From assembly GCA_050950505.1 (NCBI GenBank), contig JBMNHS010000001.1, positions 416,001-480,000 of the forward strand: 64,000 nt of DNA, read 5' to 3'. The notes under the pieces are model-generated. The model made no database searches and was not told the DNA's origin. It was given only the letters and a program-made list of their open reading frames with translations. A program made the position numbers and the translations under genes. The stretch comes from Candidatus Methanomethylophilaceae archaeon (GTDB taxonomy: Archaea; Thermoplasmatota; Thermoplasmata; Methanomassiliicoccales; Methanomethylophilaceae). Shown here piece by piece: positions 21,038 to 32,605 of this stretch (position 1 is its first letter; every line of letters starts with the position of its first letter).

Positions 21038-21639
21038 GAAATCATTCCGAGAATATTTCTGACCCGTTCGCAATCGATTACCGCAAGTATTTTTTCTTCC
21101 CTTTCCGAAAGTTCCGTCAGACGCAGGGAGATGTATCTTTCCCTTATGTTGATCATTTCCCGGAATCCTTTCTTGCGGTTCACAAAATCATCCCATTCTT
21201 CCGAGAATTTTTCGGGAGAACTCATGTCGAATTTCTTCTTCATTCCTTTTTTGGCCATTCTGTGTTCGTTGACCCATTCCAAAGAACTCACGGTTTCGCA
21301 GTATATCTCCGTGTATTGCCGGTCCGGCATGTCCAAGGGAATCAATTCCTTGGAATCTTTGTCGCAAAGGTCCACAATCGCACACCATGCGGGCGCGGGT
21401 ACGGTGACTTCCCCGAAACTGGAAAGTCTGTGGGCGAACACGAGATCCATTTCGCTCGGTTCGTAATCGTCAACGATGGATTCTCTGTGACGCACCCCTT
21501 CTATTTCTTCGGGACTCAGGGAAACGGCGTATCTGTCGTAATTTCCGTAAATTCCGTTGATGCGGTCGGCGTATGAAGAAAGTCCTCTGACAACGGGAAG
21601 AATGTCCAGTTCGGCCTTTCCCAGCGTGAGGGAAATCAT
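21034..21639 (-). CDS. Conserved hypothetical protein
   Basis: Overlaps both neighbours by 4 bp; protein-like composition. Confidence 0.75.
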   Translation of the reverse strand: MISLTLGKAELDILPVVRGLSSYADRINGIYGNYDRYAVSLSPEEIEGVRHRESIVDDYEPSEMDLVFAHRLSSFGEVTVPAPAWCAIVDLCDKDSKELIPLDMPDRQYTEIYCETVSSLEWVNEHRMAKKGMKKKFDMSSPEKFSEEWDDFVNRKKGFREMINIRERYISLRLTELSEREEKILAVIDCERVRNILGMIS

Positions 21640-22583
21640 TTTCTGCTGCTCCTGGAAAGCACCAACTCCGTAAGCTCTTCGCTTTCGTCTATTCTTTTCA
21701 GTTCATCCACGGATATGACCGCGGTGGTTTTGATGGAATCCCGGTTCTTTGCCTGTTTGACGATGACCACCGAAGGTTTGCCGGCGAGATGGGACACTTC
21801 CGAGGTAATCGCCGCTCTTTGAACGAGTTTCTCTTCGTCTTCCCCCGTGCCGGTGAGGATTAGGACTTCCTTTACCCTCGACAGGGCATCGAAAGGACTC
21901 TTCATTACGGGCGTTATGCTGAATCCGATATCAATAAGTCTGTTGAGCACGACGGAATCCGTTCTTTCCTTTCCGCTCACTTCGTATTTTTCAGAGGTGG
22001 ATTCCGGGGTGTACTCGAAAGGATTCAAAGGTACGATGATCTGTGTGTTGAGAAATTCCTCTATCCTCAGAGCCGCGTCTATCATGGCCCCCATTCCGGT
22101 TTCGTACATCTGGATGGTTCTTCTCGAAACACCTGCAATCTGCGCAAGGGATCCTAGGCTGATATGATTGGTTTCCCGGGCCTTCCTGAGGAGGTCACTG
22201 TCGAGTTTCACGTACATCCCGCCGGGTGCGGCGAATATCAGCGGAGGGACTTCCTCTATGGTGTGATCCGCCAGAGTTTCGTTGGAAATTATGGGTATGT
22301 TGAATCTTGAATACACTATTCCGGGTTCCAAAGCTCCGGAACTGGAACGTTCCCCTATGAGAATGGGACTTGCGGACAAAGCATCGGCAAGAACCTTCAT
22401 TTCTTCCGCATTGTCTTTCGAAAAAGCGTCCACGTTGCTGAGGATTTTGATGATGAGCAGACTGTCGTCCCTGCGGGCGACGATGTCGAAGCAGATACTT
22501 CGCAGATTGAGACTTGATGACACATCGTAACCTGCCTTGGTGAGAGTGGCACGTGTGGTTTCAATAAGCTCGGCTCTGCTCAT
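21636..22583 (-). CDS. Archaeal cro/C1-type HTH transcriptional regulator
   Basis: FDIVARR..KILSNVD, APGGMYV and HTH GVSRRTIQMYE. Confidence 0.9.
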   Translation of the reverse strand: MSRAELIETTRATLTKAGYDVSSSLNLRSICFDIVARRDDSLLIIKILSNVDAFSKDNAEEMKVLADALSASPILIGERSSSGALEPGIVYSRFNIPIISNETLADHTIEEVPPLIFAAPGGMYVKLDSDLLRKARETNHISLGSLAQIAGVSRRTIQMYETGMGAMIDAALRIEEFLNTQIIVPLNPFEYTPESTSEKYEVSGKERTDSVVLNRLIDIGFSITPVMKSPFDALSRVKEVLILTGTGEDEEKLVQRAAITSEVSHLAGKPSVVIVKQAKNRDSIKTTAVISVDELKRIDESEELTELVLSRSSRK

Positions 22584-22713
22584 GGTATTAAAGTGGTTGT
22601 TCTTCTATAAAATACAGTCTTTATTTCTTGTTGTCTGCCGAAACAGGGGGTTGACCGGCCGTATGGCCGGTCTTGGAGGTCGGAGGTAACGGACCTCGTT
22701 TCAGGCAATCTCC

Positions 22714-23208
22714 TTATTCGATTTCGATGCGTCTGGCGGATTTTTCCTTGTCCAGGGACTTGAAGCATATCTCCAAAATCCCGTTGTTGTACTCGGCTTC
22801 AGCGCCGTCGGTATCGATTTCGCAGGGCAATGCCACAATTTTTTTGTATTTTTTCTCGGGGGTATCCACCGAGATGGAAACGGAGTCTGCGGTGGCATCG
22901 ATCACGATGTCTTCCTTCTTCGCTCCCGGAAGTTCGGCGACCACTCTCACCAATCCGTCTTCGACGGTTGTGTCGGTGAAGGGTTCCCTTGCGGTTTCCC
23001 CCACGGGGAGACCCACGGTTGCCGAAGGGTTTCCGAATTCTTTCACGTGGGCCACTCCGTCGGGACCCCGGTACAATGTGTACCCGTAAGTCTTGACGTC
23101 GGGACCGCTGGTTCTCATGAAATTGTCGAACATTTCATCCATTCTGCGGTTGAAATCTTCGAATTCCCTGAACAGTCTGTTCCATGTGTCCTTTGTCATT
23201 TTCATCAC
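22714..23208 (-). CDS. hsp20: Archaeal small heat shock protein Hsp20
   Basis: GPDG..EFGN, REPFTD, AELPG and YNNGILE. Confidence 0.93.
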   Translation of the reverse strand: MMKMTKDTWNRLFREFEDFNRRMDEMFDNFMRTSGPDVKTYGYTLYRGPDGVAHVKEFGNPSATVGLPVGETAREPFTDTTVEDGLVRVVAELPGAKKEDIVIDATADSVSISVDTPEKKYKKIVALPCEIDTDGAEAEYNNGILEICFKSLDKEKSARRIEIE

Positions 23209-25382
23209 TCCTTGTTTTTATCGCCGTATTCTTTCAGTTTCTTTGAAACGGCCGGACCGAATTTCTCGGTCGCCTTTTCAAAATCTTCCATTGTGACTTT
23301 GCACGCATCCAGTTCTTCCTGTGTCGGATCGCCTTCGGCGACAAGGCGTCTGACGGAAGTCATCACCGCTTCGTTGGTGATGGCGGATATGTCCGCACCG
23401 GTGCATCCTTCGGTCATTTCGGCGAGTTTCTTCAAATCCACGTTTTCATCAAGAGGCTTGCCTCTGGTGTGTATCTTGAAGATTTCCTCCCTGGACTCTT
23501 TGTCCGGAGGTCCCACCATCATGCTCTTGTCGAACCTTCCGGGTCTGAGCAGCGCGGGGTCGATCATGTCCGGACGGTTGGTGGCGGCTATTATCACCAC
23601 GTCATTCAGCACCTCGAGACCGTCCATCTCCGTAAGAAGCTGGGACACCACCCTTTCGGTGACGTTGCTGTCACAGCTTCCGCTTCCCCTGTTGGGGGCA
23701 ATGGAGTCTATCTCGTCCATGAAAATCACACAGGGGGCGGCCTGTCTGGCTTTCCTGAAGGTTTCCCTTACGGCTTTCTCCGATTCACCCACCCACTTGT
23801 TGAGGAACTCCGGTCCTTTCACGGATATGAAGTTCGCTTCGGATTCCGTCGCGACGGCTTTCGCGAGGAGGGTCTTACCGGTTCCCGGAGGGCCGTACAG
23901 CAGGATTCCCTTCGGAGGTTTGGCCCCCATGTGCTCAAAGACTTTGGAATACTTCAGAGGCCATTCCACGGCTTCTTTCAGTTCGTCTTTCACGGATTGC
24001 AGGGCTCCGATGTCATCCCACTTTATGTTGGGCCTTTCAATCAGCACTTCCCTCATGGTCGAGGGCTGCATGTCCTTGAATCCTTCGCGGAAATCGTCCA
24101 TCGTGATTGTGATGGTGTTCAGCACGGACAGGGGGACTTCATCGCTGTCGGTGTCTATGTCGGGAAGGACTCTTCTGAGCGCCGCCATGGCGGCTTCCTT
24201 GGTAAGGGCGGACAGATCCGCGCCCGAGTACCCATGAGTTTTGTCGGCTATGGTTTCCAGTTTTACGGATTCGTCGATGGGCATTCCGCGGGTATGGATT
24301 TCGAGAATGTCGAAACGTCCGTTTCTGTCGGGAATGCCTATTTCGATTTCTCTGTCGAATCTTCCCGGCCTTCTTAGGGCCTCGTCTATGGAGTTGGGTC
24401 TGTTGGTAGCGCCGATCACAACGACTTTGCCTCTGGACTTTATGCCGTCCATCAACGCCAGCAACTGAGCCACGACCCTTCTTTCCGTTTCTCCGGTGAC
24501 TTCGTCCCTCTTGGGGGCGATGGAGTCAATTTCGTCGATGAAGATGATGCTCGGAGCATTTTCTTCGGCTTCCGTGAAGATGTCTCTGAGTTTTTCCTCG
24601 GATTCTCCGTAGTACTTGCTCATGATCTCCGGTCCGCCGACGTATATGAAATTGCTGCTGGTTTCTCCGGCCACGGCTTTGGCCAGCATGGTTTTTCCGG
24701 TACCGGGAGGTCCGTGCAGCAACACACCCATGGGAGCTTCGATGCCGAGCCTGTCGAAGAGTTCGGGGTGTTTCAGCGGAAGTTCCACCATTTCCCTGAT
24801 TTTGCTGACGGCATCGTCAAGTCCCCCGATGTCGTCGTAGGACACCTGGGGGATTTCGCCTGCGGCCACATCCGCGGGCTTGTCACTGATGTTCACATTC
24901 GTGGATGATGTCAATATGACGGCTTCGCTGGAAGGTGCGTATGACGTGACGATGAACTCCATTTTGTTGCCCATCACGTTCAGTGACACAGCGTCTCCCT
25001 TCGAGAATGCGCGTCCTTCGAAGATCTGTTTGAAATATTCGTCCCCGCCCTGCAGCCTCAGCTGATCGGTGGGAGCAAAAGTGATTTTGGTCGCCGGTTT
25101 GGCGTTGACTTTGTGTACTGCCACCCTTTCGTCAATGGATGTGCCTGCATTCCATCTGGTGTTGCCGTCAACTCTGATAACGCCTCTGTTGGCATCCTCG
25201 GGACCTCCTCTGAGGACCTTTGCGACGGTGTTCTTCTCGCCGGTGATTTTCACGATGTCCCCGACTTTGATGTCCATCACGTCCATCAGTTCGGGGTCCA
25301 GGCGGACGATTCCTCTGCCCGCCTCTCCTGATTTCAATTCGGCGACCTTTATCGCTTTGTCGCCTATGTTTTTCGATGTCAT
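23205..25382 (-). CDS. cdc48: CDC48/VAT family AAA ATPase
   Basis: N domain plus two AAA modules (GPPGTGKT twice, RPGRFD twice). Confidence 0.97.
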   Translation of the reverse strand: MTSKNIGDKAIKVAELKSGEAGRGIVRLDPELMDVMDIKVGDIVKITGEKNTVAKVLRGGPEDANRGVIRVDGNTRWNAGTSIDERVAVHKVNAKPATKITFAPTDQLRLQGGDEYFKQIFEGRAFSKGDAVSLNVMGNKMEFIVTSYAPSSEAVILTSSTNVNISDKPADVAAGEIPQVSYDDIGGLDDAVSKIREMVELPLKHPELFDRLGIEAPMGVLLHGPPGTGKTMLAKAVAGETSSNFIYVGGPEIMSKYYGESEEKLRDIFTEAEENAPSIIFIDEIDSIAPKRDEVTGETERRVVAQLLALMDGIKSRGKVVVIGATNRPNSIDEALRRPGRFDREIEIGIPDRNGRFDILEIHTRGMPIDESVKLETIADKTHGYSGADLSALTKEAAMAALRRVLPDIDTDSDEVPLSVLNTITITMDDFREGFKDMQPSTMREVLIERPNIKWDDIGALQSVKDELKEAVEWPLKYSKVFEHMGAKPPKGILLYGPPGTGKTLLAKAVATESEANFISVKGPEFLNKWVGESEKAVRETFRKARQAAPCVIFMDEIDSIAPNRGSGSCDSNVTERVVSQLLTEMDGLEVLNDVVIIAATNRPDMIDPALLRPGRFDKSMMVGPPDKESREEIFKIHTRGKPLDENVDLKKLAEMTEGCTGADISAITNEAVMTSVRRLVAEGDPTQEELDACKVTMEDFEKATEKFGPAVSKKLKEYGDKNKE

Positions 25383-25669
25383 CTGTTTTCACCTCTCTGT
25401 GTTCGATATTCAACTGTTTGGGATGTCATGTTCGTAAAAACGGATATGAGATTCTGCAGCAGTTTTCTGCTCGAACTTCTACGATATATTAGTTTGTACT
25501 TCTATATAAATGTTTGTTTTCTTTATAAAGAGTTTTTATCCTCCCGCATTCGGTCAACCCATCAAAAAATCGCTGTCTCGCAATTGAAAGTGCGGACGGT
25601 ACTGCCGATAAACATCACAAAGCGGCAGAGATTATCCGTGATAAAACATGCTTAAATACGGTCCTCGCG

Positions 25670-26308
25670 TTGTTCAAGGATATGTGTCCGAATACGGACC
25701 GGAACGGTTTCGGTTCCGAAGTTACGGTTTCGGAAGACGCAGGGATACGGGGAAATCCGAACATAAACGAAGGATTGTCTCCGATTGTCAACGGCCCAAC
25801 ATCAAAAAACAAAGCGACGGTTCAATTTACCTTGGTTGAAAGCGTTTCCTGTTCCATTTTATCGGACGAAGAGGATTCAGGCATCGTATACACCATAGGC
25901 TACGAAGGTCTGACCGTGGAAGAACTCATTGAAAAATTGAAATGTCACAGGATCCGGCAACTGATTGACGTAAGGGAAAGATCCGCAAGCCGGAAAAAAG
26001 GTTTTTCAAAAATTCCCCTGAGACAACGTTTGGAAGAAGAAGGGATAGCATACGTTCACATGAGAACGCTGGGCGCACCCCCGGAAATAAGGCACGAATA
26101 CAAAAAAGGCGGATCCGAAAAAATTTTTTTCGAAATATATGAGAAACATCTGAACGAAAAAGTTTCCGGAGAAATAACCGCAATGGAAAAACACGTTTCT
26201 GAGAGAACATCGGTTCTGATGTGCTTTGAACGTTCGTATCTCCGCTGTCACAGAAAAATACTGGCAGACAAACTAAAAGATATGAGATACAGAGTAAAAC
26301 ATCTTTGA
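25670..26308 (+). CDS. DUF488 family protein (start uncertain)
   Basis: YTIGYEG, LIDVR, SRKKGFSK and LMCFE..CHR. Confidence 0.85.
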   Translation: MFKDMCPNTDRNGFGSEVTVSEDAGIRGNPNINEGLSPIVNGPTSKNKATVQFTLVESVSCSILSDEEDSGIVYTIGYEGLTVEELIEKLKCHRIRQLIDVRERSASRKKGFSKIPLRQRLEEEGIAYVHMRTLGAPPEIRHEYKKGGSEKIFFEIYEKHLNEKVSGEITAMEKHVSERTSVLMCFERSYLRCHRKILADKLKDMRYRVKHL

Positions 26309-26495
26309 AAGCGATTGAATTCGACAACAGGGGAGTATCCGGTGACGGAGTCTGTTTTCGATATCTGTTATGGATACACTATGTTTTTTTTAATTTAGTT
26401 AAAGAAACTGTAACCCTTCAACACTGAATTTATAATGTATATTATTATACATCAATGTACCTAAATATATATACAATGAATATAATGATACTATT

Positions 26496-27815
26496 ATGTC
26501 GTTACCCAAAGACATCCGCACATGTCTCGGTGTCGAGGAGATTCCGAGAAAATGGTACAACTTGGCGGCAGACCTTCCCAAACCGGTATCGCCTCCTTTG
26601 AATCCCAAAACGAAGGAGCCCGTCAATCCGGAAGATCTGGCTTCTCTGTTCTGCAAAGACATAATCAAACAGGAGATGTCGACCGAACGGTATATCGACA
26701 TTCCGGAAGAGGTCAGAGACAGTCTTGTCCATCTCCTCCGTCCTTCGGTGCTGCAAAGAGCATACAGGTTGGAAAAGCATCTCAAAACACCCGCGAAGAT
26801 TTACTTCAAAAGAGAGGACATGAGTCCGTTGGGCAGTCACAAAGGAAACACTGCCGTGGCTCAGGCTTATTACAACGCGGAGGCGGGAGTTCACACTCTA
26901 ACCACGGAAACCGGTGCGGGACAGTGGGGAACGGCGTTGGCGGCTTCCTGCAACATGTTCGGCATCAAAGCCACGGTGTTCATGGTCCGCGGAAGTTACG
27001 ATCACAAGCCTTCTAGAAAAACAATCACCGAACTTTACGGAGGCACGATTTATCCTTCACCCTCGGTCCACACCGAATACGGAAGGGAATATCTGAAAAA
27101 ACATCCGGATTCCGTCGGTTCTCTGGGAATAGCGATTTCCGAAGCCTGTGAACTGGCTTACCAAGATCCCGGAACCTGTTACGCCTTGGGGAGCGTGCTG
27201 AACCACGTCATGCTGCATCAGACCGTCATAGGTCAGGAAACCATGGAACAGATGAAAAAAGCGGAGATCGAACCCGACGTGATGATAGGATGCGTCGGAG
27301 GTGGTTCGAACTTCGCAGGTTTCACCTTCCCGATGATTGCCGAGAAGATAAAAGGAAAAACGGAATGCGAATTCCTTGCCGTCGAGTCGAAAGCCGCCCC
27401 CAGCATAACCCAGGGAGAATACAGATACGATCTGGGAGACACGGGAGGATTCACGCCTTTGCTGATGATGCATACCGTGGGTCACGATTACATCCCGCCG
27501 TCGGTTCACGCCGGAGGTCTGAGATATCACGGAATGTCTCCTCTGGTGTCCGCGGCCGCCGAACAGGGATTGGTCAAAGCCGTAGCCTACGATCAGTTGG
27601 AAACCTTCGAAGCCGGAGACATGTTCGCCAGCGTCGAAGGGATAATTCCGGCTCCCGAATCCAACCATGCCATAAAAGCCGCGATAGACGAAGCTCTGAA
27701 TTGCCGCAGGACCGGAGAAGAGAAGACTATAGTGTTCTGTCTTTCCGGACACGGATTCCTGGATTTGAACGGTTATTCCGAATACCTCAGCGGAAGCATG
27801 GTTCCCTCGGTCTGA
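26496..27815 (+). CDS. trpB2: TrpB2-type tryptophan synthase beta / PLP enzyme
   Basis: GSHKGNTA, TETGAGQWG, GGGSNF and HAGGLRYHG; no adjacent trpA. Confidence 0.95.
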   Translation: MSLPKDIRTCLGVEEIPRKWYNLAADLPKPVSPPLNPKTKEPVNPEDLASLFCKDIIKQEMSTERYIDIPEEVRDSLVHLLRPSVLQRAYRLEKHLKTPAKIYFKREDMSPLGSHKGNTAVAQAYYNAEAGVHTLTTETGAGQWGTALAASCNMFGIKATVFMVRGSYDHKPSRKTITELYGGTIYPSPSVHTEYGREYLKKHPDSVGSLGIAISEACELAYQDPGTCYALGSVLNHVMLHQTVIGQETMEQMKKAEIEPDVMIGCVGGGSNFAGFTFPMIAEKIKGKTECEFLAVESKAAPSITQGEYRYDLGDTGGFTPLLMMHTVGHDYIPPSVHAGGLRYHGMSPLVSAAAEQGLVKAVAYDQLETFEAGDMFASVEGIIPAPESNHAIKAAIDEALNCRRTGEEKTIVFCLSGHGFLDLNGYSEYLSGSMVPSV

Positions 27816-27884
27816 TTGAACGTCCAAACCTCTTTCCCTCTTTTTTCAGATATCAATAAATAGAAACTCAAAGTACAAAGGTAC

Positions 27885-28928
27885 ATGCCCGGCGAACTTA
27901 AGGGAGACACCGTCACGGTGACGGATCAGAAAGAAGCAAGCCAGCTGTACAGCCGGGGCAATTACGGTTATCCCATGAAAGGGGGAGGTTCGGAACTGGA
28001 TCTTTCCGAGGCTCTTTATCTGGTCGAAAGCGACCGTCTTCAGGTCGTCCGGAACGGTAAAAATATTTCCTTTGACGAACTTTTCAGGGAAGCATCGAAA
28101 ATCACTGACGCCTTTGACGTGAAGTATCAGGTTTACAGGGACATGAGATCCCGGGGGTTCGTCGTGAAAACCCGAACCGATGCTTTCGACATGGCGGTTT
28201 ATCCCAGAGGCAAAACCGTCAGCAACTCCCGTCCACAGTTTATGGTTCACGCCGTGTCGGAGAGAATGGAATTGGATATCGGAGGTTTCTCTTCCGAGAT
28301 TCTGAAAATAAAAGATCAGGGTTACGAAATCCTTTACGGAGTGGGGGACGAGGAAGGGGACGTGACGTATTACAGAATGTCCGTCAGACATCCTGAAGGT
28401 TCCGTGTTTTTCGACAAACCCGAAAAAGCCGCCGAGGGCGTGCTGATCGGCGACAGAGTTTTCGTGTCCGAGGAAGAAGACAAAAAGATTCTGAAAAACG
28501 CCGGATATTTCGGCAAAGACGCAGGGGAAATGTACCAACTGTCCCTGATAGAGAGCAGATATCTTCTCGAAAAAGGGCTGTTGGATGTTTTTGACAAACA
28601 CGGAAACAGACTTTCCGCGGAAAGCATGTGGCCTTCCGGCGAAGACGAGGATTTATCCCTTAGGACTTCGGCGTACTTCGATTTGAGATCCAGAGGTCTC
28701 GTGGTGAGAACCGGATTCAAATACGGGACCCATTTCAGAGTTTACGAAGGATCTCCCGACGATTCCCACGCCAAATATCTGGTACATGCGGTATCCGCTT
28801 CCGACGTTGCTACCTGGCCGGAGATTTCACGGACGGTGAGGCTGTCCGGGGGAGTCAAGAAAAGCATTCTGTTCTGCAGAATAGGCGACAGAACGGAATA
28901 TTATGAGTTTAAGTGGTTTAGACCCTGA
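27885..28928 (+). CDS. endA: tRNA-splicing endonuclease (two-repeat, alpha2 type)
   Basis: Duplicated domain; second unit has GFKYGTHFRVY, His and KK catalytic residues. Confidence 0.93.
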   Translation: MPGELKGDTVTVTDQKEASQLYSRGNYGYPMKGGGSELDLSEALYLVESDRLQVVRNGKNISFDELFREASKITDAFDVKYQVYRDMRSRGFVVKTRTDAFDMAVYPRGKTVSNSRPQFMVHAVSERMELDIGGFSSEILKIKDQGYEILYGVGDEEGDVTYYRMSVRHPEGSVFFDKPEKAAEGVLIGDRVFVSEEEDKKILKNAGYFGKDAGEMYQLSLIESRYLLEKGLLDVFDKHGNRLSAESMWPSGEDEDLSLRTSAYFDLRSRGLVVRTGFKYGTHFRVYEGSPDDSHAKYLVHAVSASDVATWPEISRTVRLSGGVKKSILFCRIGDRTEYYEFKWFRP

Positions 28929-28937
28929 ACCTTCGGT

Positions 28938-29870
28938 TCAGAGCTGGATGTCGATTCCGAGTTTGTCGGTGAGTTCCTTGTACCTGTTTCTGATGGTAAC
29001 TTCGGTGACTCCCGCGACTTCGGCCACTTCACGCTGGGTCCTGCGTTCGTTGCACAGAATCGATGAAATGTATATCGCCGCGGCGGCAACGCCGGTGGGT
29101 CCTCTTCCGGACGTGAGTTCCTTCTCGGAAGCGTCCTTTAGAATTTCCGCGGCTTTGGTCTGAACTTCACCGCTGAGCTTAAGTTCGGAGCAGAATCTCT
29201 GCACGTAATCCTGAGGTTTGGTGGGCATAAGTTTCAGTTTGAGCTCACGGGTCATGAACCTGTATGTTCTTCCGATTTCTTTACGTCCAACGTGACTTGC
29301 GCTCGCGACTTCGTCCAAAGTTCTGGGAACCCCACATTTTCTGCAGGCGGCGTACAGCGAAGCCGCCACAACGCCTTCGATGGAACGTCCTCTGATCAGG
29401 TTCTTGTTCACGGCCTTTCTGTAAATCATGGCCGCGGTTTCCCTTACGTTTCTGGGAAGTCCCATGGCGGAAGCCATTCTGTCCAATTCGGACAACGCGA
29501 AGGCAAGGTTGCGTTCGGTGGCGTTGGACACACGGATTCTTCTTTGCCATTTCCTCAGTCTGTAAAGTTGGGCGCGGTTTCTGGTGGGGATGCTTTTACC
29601 GTAGCTGTCTTTGTTTTTCCAGGAAATTTCGGTCGAGAGACCTTTGTCGTGTATGGTGTAGGTCATCGGAGCACCGGTGCGTGCTCTCTTTTCTCCCTGT
29701 TCGACATCGAAGGCTCTCCATTCGGGGCCCTGGTCGATGAATTGGTCATCCAATATCAGGCCGCAGTCCTCACACATGAGTTCTCCGCGTTCATAGTCGC
29801 GGACGAGGTGACGGCTGCCGCATTCAGTGCACACTTCAATTTCTTCGGTGCCTTCTCTTGTTTTTGACAT
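28938..29870 (-). CDS. tfb: Transcription initiation factor IIB
   Basis: Zn ribbon, GPEWRAF and two cyclin repeats. Confidence 0.98.
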   Translation of the reverse strand: MSKTREGTEEIEVCTECGSRHLVRDYERGELMCEDCGLILDDQFIDQGPEWRAFDVEQGEKRARTGAPMTYTIHDKGLSTEISWKNKDSYGKSIPTRNRAQLYRLRKWQRRIRVSNATERNLAFALSELDRMASAMGLPRNVRETAAMIYRKAVNKNLIRGRSIEGVVAASLYAACRKCGVPRTLDEVASASHVGRKEIGRTYRFMTRELKLKLMPTKPQDYVQRFCSELKLSGEVQTKAAEILKDASEKELTSGRGPTGVAAAAIYISSILCNERRTQREVAEVAGVTEVTIRNRYKELTDKLGIDIQL

Positions 29871-30099
29871 CTTTGTTCGCCTCTTGGATGTATAGTTTTT
29901 CTCCGATTGCGATGGCGCGTGAACCGTCAGTTTTCACGGAAACATAGGGTTCGTCCACCGGACCGAATATACGGACTATTGTGCCGATCTTGCGTTTACC
30001 TGCGTCAAGTACATGATCCCCCATCCTCGGAGACTCGGAAGCAATGATTACTGCTTTACCATCAGAAGTCAATTCTGACACGGTTCCCAAAAAATTCAT
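29836..30099 (-). CDS. gar1: H/ACA RNP component Gar1/Naf1
   Basis: [12 protein letters not shown] and the conserved gar1-tfb linkage. Confidence 0.88.
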   Translation of the reverse strand: MNFLGTVSELTSDGKAVIIASESPRMGDHVLDAGKRKIGTIVRIFGPVDEPYVSVKTDGSRAIAIGEKLYIQEANKDVKNKRRHRRN

Positions 30100-30400
30100 G
30101 TATCATCGTCTCGGTAAGGTAGTCAGCCACTAATAGGATACAATTAAACATAACTTATATTTAAAAGATTGGGTTTATTTATTATCTATGTGCTGTGTAT
30201 CCGCTTATTTTTGAAACTTACATCATTAAATAAATATCGTCTGTTTTCAAGTGGCGGGATGCAGTGTTTGGGTCATTGACATGTATTCGAAACATGTGTA
30301 AATTATATACGAATACGTGAAAACTTTAATAAGGACAATGTCTATCGGAGCCTAATTGGATGCGCTACACTGGCGAATCCCAAAAAAATGGAGGTAAAAC

Positions 30401-30709
30401 ATGAATTGGGACATAATGTCATTCCTGACCATCGTTGTATTCGTATTTGCATTGGTATTGATGATCGCGGGAATATTCTCTGCCTACTTCGGCAGCGGTA
30501 AGAGCAGAACCTATGGTTTGATTATGCTGGTGACCGGTCTCGTTGTTTTCGCAATATGGGCATATCTCGTAGGGTGGAGCAACATTGAGATTTTCACGGA
30601 TGTTCACGTTGTTGACGTAATCGTTGATGCGGTCATCAATTTCCTGGCAATACTGATCGGTGCCTTGGTTGCAATAGGCATATTCCTTGTTGCAGTTCTC
30701 AAGAGCTGA
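30401..30709 (+). CDS. Small three-TM hypothetical membrane protein
   Basis: GGAGGT SD, AYFGSGKSR motif, terminator downstream. Confidence 0.8.
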   Translation: MNWDIMSFLTIVVFVFALVLMIAGIFSAYFGSGKSRTYGLIMLVTGLVVFAIWAYLVGWSNIEIFTDVHVVDVIVDAVINFLAILIGALVAIGIFLVAVLKS

Positions 30710-30742
30710 ACGTCAGGAACGGACAGTTGTTCCAAATCCCTT

Positions 30743-30763
30743 ACCCACCTTCGGTGGGTTTTT
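30743..30763 (+). terminator. Hairpin-U tract terminator
   Basis: ACCCAC-CTTCG-GTGGGT followed by TTTT. Confidence 0.7.
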
Positions 30764-30790
30764 ATCCTTTTATCAAATATTGCGGTCTAT

Positions 30791-31264
30791 ATGCCCAGAG
30801 TATCCATAATCCTCGGCAGCAAAAGCGACCTGCCGGTGGCGGAGAAAGCCACCGCGGTTCTGAAAGATCTTTCGATATCTTACGGAATCACCGTTGCATC
30901 CGCCCACAGGACTCCCGAACGAGTCAAAGATCTTGTTGAAAATTCAGATGCGGACGTGTTCATCGCCATCGCGGGACTGTCCGCGGCATTGCCCGGAGTC
31001 GTTGCTTCTTTCACGGTCAAGCCGGTGATCGGAGTTCCCGTCAGCGGCAAGCTGAATATCGATTCACTCTTATCCGTGGTGCAGATGCCCGGGGGCATAC
31101 CCGTGGCCGCCGTGGGATTGGACCGGGGCGACAACGCCGCCATTCTGGCCGCGGAGATCCTGGCTGTGACCGACGACTCGTTGAAAACCGCTTTGATCGA
31201 ACACAGGGAAAAACAGGCGAAAAACGTTCTGAAGGACTCCGAGGAGGTTTTGTTCAATGTTTGA
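30791..31264 (+). CDS. purE: N5-CAIR mutase / AIR carboxylase
   Basis: [20 protein letters not shown] and QMPGG. Confidence 0.95.
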   Translation: MPRVSIILGSKSDLPVAEKATAVLKDLSISYGITVASAHRTPERVKDLVENSDADVFIAIAGLSAALPGVVASFTVKPVIGVPVSGKLNIDSLLSVVQMPGGIPVAAVGLDRGDNAAILAAEILAVTDDSLKTALIEHREKQAKNVLKDSEEVLFNV

Positions 31265-32204
31265 TCCCGTCAAATTCATTGACGAATCCATCGAATCAAT
31301 CAAAAAACAGACCAATGGAAAAGCGATTATCGCATGTTCCGGCGGAGTGGACAGCTCCGTCGCCGCCGTGTTGGCCGGAAAGGCATTGGGTGACAATCTT
31401 CTCGCGGTGTTCGTAGACACGGGACTGATGAGGAAGAACGAACCGGAAGAAGTGGAGGCGATGTTCAGAGACTCGGGCATAGAACTCAGAACCGTCGATG
31501 CTTCCGAAGAATATTTTCAAGCTCTGAAAGGCGTTACAGATCCCGAAAAGAAAAGAAAAACAATCGGCGAGAAATTCATCCGTATTTTTGAAAGGGAAGC
31601 CAAGGACTTCGGAGCGAAATATCTGGTGCAGGGAACCATCGCCCCCGATTGGATAGAATCCGGAGCCGACGGAAACGTCAAGATAAAATCACATCACAAT
31701 GTCGGCGGACTCCCCGAAGACATGGACATGGTTCTCGTTGAACCTCTCAGGAATCTGTACAAAGACGAAGTCAGACAGGTCGCAAGGGAATTGGGAATCC
31801 AATCTTCGGAAAGACAACCCTTCCCCGGGCCGGGATTGGCGGTACGCTGTCTGGCGGACATAACCCCGGAAAACATACGCATCGTGCGGGAAGCCTGCCA
31901 TATTGTGGAAGACGAAGTGATGAAAGCCTCCGAGGGAGAAAACATGGTTCTTCCGTGGCAGTATTTTGCCGTATTGTTGCCTTCCCGTTCCGTGGGGGTA
32001 AGCAAATCGGGAAGATCTTACGGAATGACCGTCGTTATCCGTGCGGTGGAATCCACCGACGGAATGACGGCTTTGCATTCAGACGTTCCGTTACAGGTTC
32101 TGAACGGAATATCAAAAAGAATTACCGACACGTTGGGGGACGATGTCAGCCGTGTTGTTTACGATCTGACGGACAAACCGCCGGCGACGGTGGAATGGGA
32201 ATAA
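31257..32204 (+). CDS. guaAB: GMP synthase subunit B (ATP pyrophosphatase)
   Basis: [28 protein letters not shown] and KPPATVEWE. Confidence 0.9.
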   Translation: MFDPVKFIDESIESIKKQTNGKAIIACSGGVDSSVAAVLAGKALGDNLLAVFVDTGLMRKNEPEEVEAMFRDSGIELRTVDASEEYFQALKGVTDPEKKRKTIGEKFIRIFEREAKDFGAKYLVQGTIAPDWIESGADGNVKIKSHHNVGGLPEDMDMVLVEPLRNLYKDEVRQVARELGIQSSERQPFPGPGLAVRCLADITPENIRIVREACHIVEDEVMKASEGENMVLPWQYFAVLLPSRSVGVSKSGRSYGMTVVIRAVESTDGMTALHSDVPLQVLNGISKRITDTLGDDVSRVVYDLTDKPPATVEWE

Positions 32205-32240
32205 TCGTATTTCCAATCCGGATGAAACAGAGATGCCGTC

Positions 32241-32267
32241 GGCAACGTTCCGGCTGAACGTTGCCGT
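32241..32267. terminator. Hairpin between convergent genes
   Basis: CGGCAACGTTC-CGGCT-GAACGTTGCCG, an 11-bp stem. Confidence 0.6.
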
Positions 32268-32324
32268 ACATCCTGCGTTTTAAAGAAAAATCACAGTCCC
32301 GTCAAAAATCGGGACGGTATAATT

Positions 32325-32588
32325 TCATCTTACGCTTGCGGCAAGACTCTCGAGTTCGCTGGTAGCTTTCCAAATCAAGGTTCTTGCGTGTAGGGGCGTG
32401 TTGTTGTCGTTTGCCAAATCGTCCAAAATGGTCATGGCGCCGGTGGCACGCACGTCCAAGGCTTCTGATGTATCCATAAGCCTGGTTTTGGCCTCAGTGG
32501 CTCCGCGTCTTATGTTCTTGGGAATGGAATCGTCATTCGCCAAGAAATCAAGTACGTCTGTTATGTTTTTAATATCAGCATTTGACAT
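32325..32588 (-). CDS. UPF0147 family protein
   Basis: DDSIPKNIRR, LDDLANDNNTPLHART; AGGTGA SD. Confidence 0.9.
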   Translation of the reverse strand: MSNADIKNITDVLDFLANDDSIPKNIRRGATEAKTRLMDTSEALDVRATGAMTILDDLANDNNTPLHARTLIWKATSELESLAASVR

Positions 32589-32605
32589 AGATATCACCTG
32601 AGAGA

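Noticed and set aside
23047-24377. 396-aa and 302-aa + strand ORFs
   Set aside because: Antisense shadows of cdc48.
25470-25510. TAGAAGT direct repeat in the cdc48-hsp20 promoter as a heat-shock operator
   Set aside because: Too short to distinguish from chance, and it matches no operator I can name with confidence.
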